Below, piece by piece: positions 1-7,395 of a DNA stretch of 18,466 nucleotides. The stretch's first letter is position 1. The number at the start of each line of letters is the position of its first letter. The stretch spans positions 1 through 18,466 of the forward strand of contig JBHLMI010000040.1 of assembly GCA_048938295.1 (NCBI GenBank), read 5' to 3'. The position numbers and the translations under genes were made by a program. Source of the stretch: Promethearchaeota archaeon. Lineage in GTDB: Archaea; Asgardarchaeota; Hermodarchaeia; Hermodarchaeales; Hermodarchaeaceae. The notes below the pieces were generated by a model. It saw only the letters and a program-made list of their open reading frames with translations. It ran no database searches and was not told where the DNA came from.

Positions 1-606
1 AGACCTACTGGGTAGACAACGGATTTGAGTGAAAGAGTTGTTCCGGAAGACCCGAGTTCGTGACATCATTCTAAGAGTTCCAACCTCTAGCCAGTGCAAC
101 TGCGATCACGCCGTTGTGTTTACCTTCGAGTAAAGAGGAAAGAGTAGAGGAAGGGATCCTTACTGGAACCAGTCAGTGTCTGATTTTGTTTTTTGTTTTC
201 CATTTTTTATCACCACTTTTCTATTCATCTATTCGACTTCTACCACTTTGAACCTCGGCGAGAGGTCATGACTTTGTATGCCAGTTGGAAGTTCGGCGTT
301 GGGTGTGGATTGCGACACCCAAGGGCGGCTCGTTCACCGACGCCGATGCGAGCGAAGCGGATTCTATTCTTTGACATTTGTTACCACCATATGTCCTTAT
401 AATCTTAGTTGCTGAGAATACTATCTACCACTATAATATAAATATATCGGTTTTAGAGAAAAATACTATCAAACAACGAGAACACATACTCAGCTCATGC
501 CACCATCACTTAGCAACTCCCCCACCCGCAAGGGCGTTTGATTGTTGCCACATACCATGAGCATATAAGATGAGAGTTTCGATGAGTCAGACACGGCGTA
601 ATTGAG

Positions 607-1899
607 TTGGTCAAGGTGCGCCTTCGAAGAATACGCAGATTCACAACATTGCTTGTGGTTGCTTTCCTATTTGTCACTCCATCTTTGTGGAGCTATTTTA
701 ACGAAAGTGGCCAAGAAGCGGCGTTACCCGATTATTGGCCGACCGATGGGTGGCGTTCGACGAGTCCGGAAGCTCAAGGGATGAGTTCGGTGCAGCTGCT
801 GGCAATGGAAAACTACATTCAGCAGTTATCATGGGGGCATCTAATCCGGTCGGTTCTAATTGTCCGTAATGGCTACATAGTGTGGGAATCCTATTATGAT
901 CCAGCGTATGGTCCCAATGATCAGTTGAATATTTACTCATGCACAAAGAGCGTGACCTCCGCACTGATTGGTATAGCCATCGCCGAGGAACACATTGGGG
1001 GGGTAAATGAAACGCTCTTGAGTTATTTTCCAGACCGAACCATTGCTAACCGGACAGTTGAGAAGGAGGCCATCACCTTGGAACAGGTGCTAACCATGAC
1101 TTCAGGTCTGGCGTGGGATGAATGGCCCTATGGTCCGGCTAGTAGCTACACTTACCTTGTGAATAGCCCTGATTGGGTGCAGTACGTATTGGATCAGCCC
1201 ATGCGCCATGAACCGGGAACCGTATGGGATTACAATTCTGGAGGCTCCCATCTCCTATCCATGATTATCAACCAGACTGCTGGCACGACCACCCTCGCAT
1301 ATGCCGATAGCCACCTCTTTGCCCCTTTGGGGATTTCAGATTATCAATGGGAAACGGATCCACAGGGAGTCGTGGCTGGAGGTTCGAATTTATATTTGAC
1401 ACCACGTGATATGGCGAAGTTTGGATTTCTGTATTTGAATAATGGCTCCTGGGATGGTGACCAACTGGTTCCCGCAGAATGGGTTGAAAACTCGACTCAA
1501 AATCTGGCAACACCGTATAACGACACGGATACCATTGGCTATGGCTATCACTGGTGGCTCAATTTACCGATTAACACCTATTTGGCAATCGGCTATAATG
1601 GGCAGCAGATTAATGTTGTTCCTGAACACAATCTTGTAGTAGTATTTACCACCTGGTATGAACAGGCAAGCTTTGCATCCATTATGGCAAACTACATAAT
1701 TCCCGCCATTGGATACCAACCGCCACCAATCCCGCCCTTCCCATTCTCTTTTGACCAAATCGTTATGATTGCAACAGTCCTATTGGTGATAGCGGTAGCG
1801 AGCCCTATAGGCCTTGAAATATTCTACCAATTTCACGCTTGGCGAAGCCGTCAAAATTCTGAACAAGCTACAACGGAACAGGAAAATTCCCACTCATAA
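607..1899 (+). CDS. Membrane-anchored serine hydrolase, beta-lactamase class C / penicillin-binding-protein-like family (NylB-like)
   Basis: 430-aa ORF with TTG start (GTG at 616 is an alternative). N-terminal hydrophobic signal/anchor (FTTLLVVAFLFVTPSLW), SxxK nucleophile motif (YSCTKSVTS), Y-x-S second motif (WDYNSGG), AIGYNGQ triad-like strand, LYLTPRDMAKFGFLYLNNG family signature, then a Pro-rich linker and C-terminal TM helix. Confidence 0.9.
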   Translation: MVKVRLRRIRRFTTLLVVAFLFVTPSLWSYFNESGQEAALPDYWPTDGWRSTSPEAQGMSSVQLLAMENYIQQLSWGHLIRSVLIVRNGYIVWESYYDPAYGPNDQLNIYSCTKSVTSALIGIAIAEEHIGGVNETLLSYFPDRTIANRTVEKEAITLEQVLTMTSGLAWDEWPYGPASSYTYLVNSPDWVQYVLDQPMRHEPGTVWDYNSGGSHLLSMIINQTAGTTTLAYADSHLFAPLGISDYQWETDPQGVVAGGSNLYLTPRDMAKFGFLYLNNGSWDGDQLVPAEWVENSTQNLATPYNDTDTIGYGYHWWLNLPINTYLAIGYNGQQINVVPEHNLVVVFTTWYEQASFASIMANYIIPAIGYQPPPIPPFPFSFDQIVMIATVLLVIAVASPIGLEIFYQFHAWRSRQNSEQATTEQENSHS

Positions 1900-1917
1900 A
1901 AAGGAAATTTCACTGGG

Positions 1918-2562
1918 TTATTTGAAACAGGCTCTGAGCTTTTCGAAGAGCTCGGGATTGTTGAGGACGATGGCAAAGGTGCTGACAGAGCTTAGGATCT
2001 TGTCTTTATAGGCCCAGTCTATTCCTGTGATTATATCAATAAGTTCATCATCAGCTTCTTCAATGAGCTTGACGACGTATTTGGTACCAATTTTATCAAA
2101 TTCGTTCATGAATTTCACAATACATGTTTTGTCGGCTTTCTTATCATTTAGGAGTTTACCGAGGAGTTGGGCTACATTATCACATAGTTCTTTTCCAGCT
2201 TCGCAACTCCAATATTCCTCTTCGCTTTGTCCACCGATGAACACCTCGGCGGTTCGAGAAAATAGTGTTTCTGTTGCGGTTTTACCAATGACAACCCTTT
2301 GGCCCGCTGGAACGACCACCTTGGCATCTTCCAAGACCTTCAGGTAACGATAAATGGTTTTATCTGATTTTGCTTCCAGATCGGGATCAGCTTCTGCCTC
2401 CTTGGCATAGGCTTTTGTGAGTTCTTGAACCGTCATGGGTCCTTTCCGTAACGCCTTAATGATGGGGATATGATTAGGATCCCGTAGGACTTCGTTCATA
2501 TTTTTGTCATAAACAATTTTGATTCGTTCGGGTTTGAAAGTGATTACATCTTGTTGGGCCAT
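1918..2562 (-). CDS. Winged helix-turn-helix (ArsR-like) transcriptional regulator with helical C-terminal domain
   Basis: 214 aa. IIKALRKGPMTVQEL...KSDKTIYRYLKVLEDAKVVVPAG is a winged-HTH pattern. AGGTGA SD lies just upstream of the ATG at 2562. Confidence 0.8.
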   Translation of the reverse strand: MAQQDVITFKPERIKIVYDKNMNEVLRDPNHIPIIKALRKGPMTVQELTKAYAKEAEADPDLEAKSDKTIYRYLKVLEDAKVVVPAGQRVVIGKTATETLFSRTAEVFIGGQSEEEYWSCEAGKELCDNVAQLLGKLLNDKKADKTCIVKFMNEFDKIGTKYVVKLIEEADDELIDIITGIDWAYKDKILSSVSTFAIVLNNPELFEKLRACFK

Positions 2563-2682
2563 CTAATCATCACCTGAGTTTGTTCTCAGACAGAGATAGA
2601 GTTATTTTCGTACATAATCTTTTTTTCTCAAACGATGAGAATATTACTTTAATGAAATGTGATACTTTGCTACTTTTTAAAT

Positions 2683-4338
2683 CTATTCTTCAAGCAACTT
2701 AACGTCGTCACCGGTTAATCCATACAACTTGTTGACCATGTCATTGATCTCGTGATCTAATCCCTTTTGAAGGGATATTGGGTTCTGGGCAGCTAGTTTA
2801 GCGAGGCCTGCAAGTTTTTCTTCCTGGTGTGGGGTCGGGGTTACTATGGGGATTTGTTCGAGATAGGTGGCATTGTAGCGGATGTACCCACTGCGGAGAT
2901 GCGTGGCGACGAATAGCAGGGAGAAAAAGGCATTGATAAGACGAGAGTTGAGTAAGCCTAGCAGGAAACGGGGATTGTAGGAGGTGCGAGTGTGAGTGAT
3001 GTAGTAGACGCGGCCGAGAGCGTGTCCAGTTTCGTCGAGGGCGACGCGGAGGCGTTTAGCCATGCCAGCGATAACGAGTTTGGGTTCTTTGAAGTCTTGC
3101 CATTGATCCTGTGAGGACATGGTTGGGGTGAAAGTAAGGTATTTTTTACACCGAAGCTTGTACCGTTGGACATCACCGGCGTTGAGAAAGGGGAGCGTTT
3201 TAGCTTGTGAAGCTTTGCTAAGCTTATCATATGCGCTGACTGAGAGTAGGTGTTTGGTGAATCCAGTCTTGGCGATACCGCATCGGATGGTGGTTGCTTG
3301 ACCTAGTGGAATGGTGTTATGAAGGAGTTTTCGGAGAATTGAGAACTTTTCTTCTGTTAAAGAAGGGGCTAGAATCGTGTTAGGTAGGGTATTATAGTAA
3401 TGTTGGGGAACTGAGCGGGCAGCCATGTTGGTTTTGGAGATGTCGTTTGGCTGACTTGGGGGTCGGGGAAGTTGGACTCTATTTTGATGCACTTCATCCG
3501 GAATTCGGGGTTTTCGGATAACAATGAGATGGGGGTAGGCTGCAGCGTCTTCGAAGGCATTGAGGTGGGATAAATCTACCATTTGCTCAATCACGTAATT
3601 CTTAACGAGGGTCTTTCGAAGGACGCTTCCATAATCTGCAGCAAGGACTTTGTTACTGATGACATAGCCTAATCGTCCACCTGGTCGCAGGAGGTCTAGA
3701 CCAAGTTCGATGAAAGGGATGAGAATATCAAATTGCTGGTGAACCGTGCGGTAACGGTGACGAATGTAGGTTTTGAGTTCAGGTTCTATGGATTTGATGC
3801 TGAGGAAAGGGGGATTACCAATGATTGCATCGAAGCCTCCTTCCCGCATAACCCAGGGATAGACACGGTGCCAATCAACTGGAAACTTTTTGGGAAGAGC
3901 GTCTCCAAAAACGTCTTGTGCATGTTGATCGGTTTGGATAAGACTATTTCCCAACAGAATACGTTGGGAGAAATCTGCAGGCACTCCTAGAAGCTTGTTG
4001 CTCACTTGTTCGAGGTGTCGTTGACATTGCGCGAGTGCTTTGGGGTCCACATCAATGCCGTGGATACTATCCACGATGCTACGAAGGAATAAATGCTGTT
4101 TATCCATTGGATAAGATTTGACCTTTTCTGCCAGGAATCGTAGAACGCCAGTAAGAAACGCACCGTCGCCACAAGCTGGATCAAGGACAGTGAATTCTCC
4201 AAGTAGCCGTACAGGATCTTCACTCAATGCTGGGCTGAGTGTATGGCGGATGAGATAATCGACTATCCAGTCAGGGGTGAAGAATTGACCCAGCCGCTTA
4301 CGTTGAATTCTTATCCTCTTCCGTCCCTTTGGTGTCAT
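2683..4338 (-). CDS. N6-adenine/N4-cytosine DNA methyltransferase (gamma class, TaqI/Eco57I-like) with C-terminal target-recognition domain
   Basis: 551 aa. Motif X GQFFTPDWIV, motif I (SAM binding) VLDPACGDGAFL, HGIDVD, motif IV IIGNPPF, and a TaqI_C-like tail (FLLGLLNSRLINAFF...RYNATYLEQIPI). GGGAGG SD-like sequence upstream. Confidence 0.9.
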   Translation of the reverse strand: MTPKGRKRIRIQRKRLGQFFTPDWIVDYLIRHTLSPALSEDPVRLLGEFTVLDPACGDGAFLTGVLRFLAEKVKSYPMDKQHLFLRSIVDSIHGIDVDPKALAQCQRHLEQVSNKLLGVPADFSQRILLGNSLIQTDQHAQDVFGDALPKKFPVDWHRVYPWVMREGGFDAIIGNPPFLSIKSIEPELKTYIRHRYRTVHQQFDILIPFIELGLDLLRPGGRLGYVISNKVLAADYGSVLRKTLVKNYVIEQMVDLSHLNAFEDAAAYPHLIVIRKPRIPDEVHQNRVQLPRPPSQPNDISKTNMAARSVPQHYYNTLPNTILAPSLTEEKFSILRKLLHNTIPLGQATTIRCGIAKTGFTKHLLSVSAYDKLSKASQAKTLPFLNAGDVQRYKLRCKKYLTFTPTMSSQDQWQDFKEPKLVIAGMAKRLRVALDETGHALGRVYYITHTRTSYNPRFLLGLLNSRLINAFFSLLFVATHLRSGYIRYNATYLEQIPIVTPTPHQEEKLAGLAKLAAQNPISLQKGLDHEINDMVNKLYGLTGDDVKLLEE

Positions 4339-4409
4339 TGACCCAGTTAGCCTCCCACCGTCTTGTGTCGTAGTTTATGACATCCGCTATCACATCAACA
4401 GGACTTCTA

Positions 4410-5930
4410 CTACTTAGTTGTTCTCTTCTTCGAGGATTTTGAGGTGGATCTCGTTGATTGGCGTGTTCTGGATTTAGCATTATTGATGATTTGTTCAGCT
4501 CTTTCTGGTGAGATAGAAAGAGCCTGAGCAAGTGACTCAGGGTCAGCACGAGCGACCAGTTGGGGAGTTTCGTACCCCTCATCGCGAAGTGTTTTAGCTT
4601 GCTTACTAGTGACTCCGGTGGTATTCATCAGATGGTTAATTTCGGTCTCGATTTGTTGTTCGATGCTACGAAGTGAAGTATCCACTTCTAAATCGCGGAG
4701 GGCGCGACTCACTTGGCGGCTATCCACACTCACATCGATGTCTTCGACGAGCCGTTCGTTCCATATCACTTCTCGAGCATTCGTAAGTGGAAAGATGCTG
4801 ATTAGCACCAATGAAGCCGCGATGGGATAGACTAGCAAAGAAAAGTGAGTGACGGATGAGGACATGGTAATCCACCAAATCACGGCTACAAGACAGCCCA
4901 CCATTAACCAGCCAAATGCCGCATGGCGTCCCTTCATTCGAACCGAACCGATTTCTGCCCAAACGAGCCAAGCCCCTACTCCAATGATTAACGCGGCTAC
5001 AAAGATTGTTAGGAGGGATAAGATGATTGAAACAGAATCACGTATGATAGGATCAAAATGAGCGCCACCAAAGATGCATAATAATCCCAGGAGAAGAGTA
5101 CCGATATTGAAGACGATTTTCCGCCCAAACTTGAATGGTACTAAGGCGAACACAAACACCGCTCCACTCAAACCTATTAGAATAAGTTCGGCGGGGAGCA
5201 GTCCGCTTGCAATTAGAAATAGTCCATTAAAGACGTGTCGATAGTTAGGAGGTGTCGCCCACACGTATAAGCCGAATGCAGCCAGATAGATGACCCACCA
5301 GACAGCATAGGGTCGGATAAATCCAGGAACCATGTAGGTTTGCAACTCACCTTTCCAAGGCTGAACAAAAAATGCAATAAGTAAACCGAAAAGGATCAGG
5401 CCTGCCGTGACGGCTGGTACAAAATTTGTGGTACCAAAGATAGTCCAGAAAAAGAGAAGAATAGCTGAGATGAACAGGCCGATTGCTGTGGTGATAGCTA
5501 CAACCCGTTCACGATTAACACTGGAGACTAACCGATTGAGAAAGATGGTGAACATCACCAGTGCGCAGCCAAACAGGAAAAGGAGAAGGGTGAGGAGGAG
5601 TTGACCGAATAGGGTGGACCAGACATCGGGTGGAAGAATCCATTGGGCGATTCCGATTACAAGAATCATTGCCTGAAAAACTATAAGGAGAAGAGTTCTC
5701 CCTGGCAGTTTGTCAGCGATAAACCCACCGATGATGAGACCGAGGAATAATCCGAGAATCGCTGGAAAGAGAGGAGAAGGATTAGTTTGAAGAACTGGAC
5801 GCTTAAACAAGAGAAAGGCTATGACCCATGTGAAGGGTAGGGTAAGTATTGCCGCCGTTGCCCAGTTTCTATCGATTTTCATCGAATTAGTCTCCACAGA
5901 TTCCACATAAGTTGGTCTGAACATTAGCAA
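4410..5930 (-). CDS. 12-TM MFS-fold membrane protein fused to C-terminal helix-hairpin-helix domain and basic tail
   Basis: 506 aa; the true start could be TTG 5930, ATG 5924 or ATG 5882. About 12 hydrophobic segments with MFS motif-A-like loops GGFIADKLPGR and PFKFGRK. C-terminal TGVTSKQAKTLRDEGYETPQLVARADPESLAQALSISPERAEQIINNA matches the RadA-N/HHH_5-type pattern, followed by an S/K/R-rich tail. Confidence 0.75.
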   Translation of the reverse strand: MLMFRPTYVESVETNSMKIDRNWATAAILTLPFTWVIAFLLFKRPVLQTNPSPLFPAILGLFLGLIIGGFIADKLPGRTLLLIVFQAMILVIGIAQWILPPDVWSTLFGQLLLTLLLFLFGCALVMFTIFLNRLVSSVNRERVVAITTAIGLFISAILLFFWTIFGTTNFVPAVTAGLILFGLLIAFFVQPWKGELQTYMVPGFIRPYAVWWVIYLAAFGLYVWATPPNYRHVFNGLFLIASGLLPAELILIGLSGAVFVFALVPFKFGRKIVFNIGTLLLGLLCIFGGAHFDPIIRDSVSIILSLLTIFVAALIIGVGAWLVWAEIGSVRMKGRHAAFGWLMVGCLVAVIWWITMSSSVTHFSLLVYPIAASLVLISIFPLTNAREVIWNERLVEDIDVSVDSRQVSRALRDLEVDTSLRSIEQQIETEINHLMNTTGVTSKQAKTLRDEGYETPQLVARADPESLAQALSISPERAEQIINNAKSRTRQSTRSTSKSSKKRTTK

Positions 5931-6027
5931 GGAGGGATTATAAGGGTTTCAATGGAGAAGCGATTTTAACAACACAAAGGTTAATCAACGCGGGCTTTTA
6001 GTATTGGTCAAACCTTGGTGACATCAT

Positions 6028-7296
6028 TTGCCGGTTAGAGAGATTATTGTTCTACGAAAAGGCGGTATGCCCTTGTTCAATTTTGCACCCGATGGGGCTC
6101 CGAAGCTTGATGCCCTCGTCGCCGGGTTTCTCTCAGCCCAAGCAGGATTTGCGGAAGAAATCGGTGAAGGGCAGATAAGGGTTGTCACCTTTGCTAAAAA
6201 TAAATTTGTTTACGAGAGTCATGCAGACCTGCTTTTCATTATTGCCATTGGTGAAGCCGACGATGAGAACATTTACCGTTTAATTATCAAGGAAATAGCC
6301 CAAGCTTTCGAAAAACAATACAGCGATGTTTTGCTACAATCGGTAATTTCGTCCCACCTCTTTGTCGGGTTTCGTGAATACGTCATGGAGATCTTAAAAA
6401 AATATGATAAGATTCCTAAAATCCAGCAACGATACCCAACAGCAATTCTTCCTCCTGAAAATCTCGATAAGATAGAGGAACTGCTCAACATCATTGAGGG
6501 ACTGCGTGGCATTCTACGTGCCGCACTTCTCACACAGGATGGATTCGTAATTGTGTCAAAGTTATTGCAGTATGAGCTTGAAGTAGGTATCAAGCAAATC
6601 CATCAATCCCGTAAAATTGAGCTGCCAAGTTATTTTGCTGTGTCTCAGACTACTTTGGAAGAAGGTACAAAGCTCTTTATTCATCACGTCAAACCAGTTT
6701 TGGTTTTGTTATTGATTATCCGTGAGGATTTGAAAGTCGGTCGATGCGCAGAAATGATTTCACCGTTGGTTTATGGACTTAGCAACATTGATTATTCGAG
6801 CATGGTAAAAATTCAACCGAAAACGTTAGTTACAGAAACCTTCTCGGAGTTTGATGTCTTCACATCCAATCCTATGATGGAAAGCACACTTTTTGCTGAA
6901 AGCACAGGACAAGCCCGAGAATTTGACAATTTATTTGGTAAAGCAGGCGGGGATGTACTCCAAGCCATTGACGGAATATCCACAGTAGAAGAAATCCGCA
7001 CACGAACCGGTGTCTATGGACGTCAGTTATCTGAAATTCTCAGCTATCTCTCTTCTCGTGGATACATCCGACGGATTCAATTTTATCCAAAACTTACTGC
7101 CAGCGATCGGAGGTTCCTCGCTTATCTGGAAACCGTTGGACTCCCACGAGATGAATACAAAATCTTAGAGGATGCTAAAACCTACTGCGACGGTAATAAC
7201 ACTACTAATGATATTGCCCAACGTATTGGAGTGGATGAAGTAAAGCTTATCACTGTGTTGCGAAAACTGGGGGGGAACATTGAATGGTTGACCTAA
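6028..7296 (+). CDS. Multidomain longin + roadblock-like + tandem winged-helix protein (C-terminus NPRL2-like)
   Basis: 422 aa with TTG start and GGTGA SD at 6017-6021. aa 1-~125 follow the longin pattern (IIVLRKGGMPLF...LVAGFLSAQAGFAEEIGEGQIRVVTF...LLFIIAI...IAQAFEKQY). aa ~145-255 are roadblock/profilin-like (GILRAALLTQDGFVIVS). aa ~272-422 carry two IDG/CDG-type winged-helix repeats. Confidence 0.7.
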   Translation: MPVREIIVLRKGGMPLFNFAPDGAPKLDALVAGFLSAQAGFAEEIGEGQIRVVTFAKNKFVYESHADLLFIIAIGEADDENIYRLIIKEIAQAFEKQYSDVLLQSVISSHLFVGFREYVMEILKKYDKIPKIQQRYPTAILPPENLDKIEELLNIIEGLRGILRAALLTQDGFVIVSKLLQYELEVGIKQIHQSRKIELPSYFAVSQTTLEEGTKLFIHHVKPVLVLLLIIREDLKVGRCAEMISPLVYGLSNIDYSSMVKIQPKTLVTETFSEFDVFTSNPMMESTLFAESTGQAREFDNLFGKAGGDVLQAIDGISTVEEIRTRTGVYGRQLSEILSYLSSRGYIRRIQFYPKLTASDRRFLAYLETVGLPRDEYKILEDAKTYCDGNNTTNDIAQRIGVDEVKLITVLRKLGGNIEWLT

Positions 7297-7395
7297 ACCA
7301 ATGCTTTAATAACGCAAAATTCTAACCTCGAATCAAGAACCAAAGATTCAGATTCACAATATTAACGGAATGTGAACGCTCAGGCGGATACTGTA

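Noticed and set aside
130-160. GAGGAAAG at ~135-142 resembling the start of the RNase P RNA P4 motif
   Set aside because: It is not followed by the conserved UCC (GAGGAAAGUCC), and no complementary 3' P4 strand is visible.
305-345. TTGCGACAC resembling a group II intron 5' end
   Set aside because: Only a short match; no domain V/VI motif and no reverse-transcriptase ORF in the window.
193-784. ORF-track entries 193..402, 378..560 and 602..784 (+)
   Set aside because: Short, with low-complexity or odd composition, no SD and no recognisable motifs; 602..784 is an out-of-frame overlap of the hydrolase gene.
2683-4338. Complete restriction-modification or BREX defence island
   Set aside because: No endonuclease, specificity subunit, PglZ/BrxC or other defence genes flank the methyltransferase. 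SfsA is 8 kb away and is a common standalone gene.
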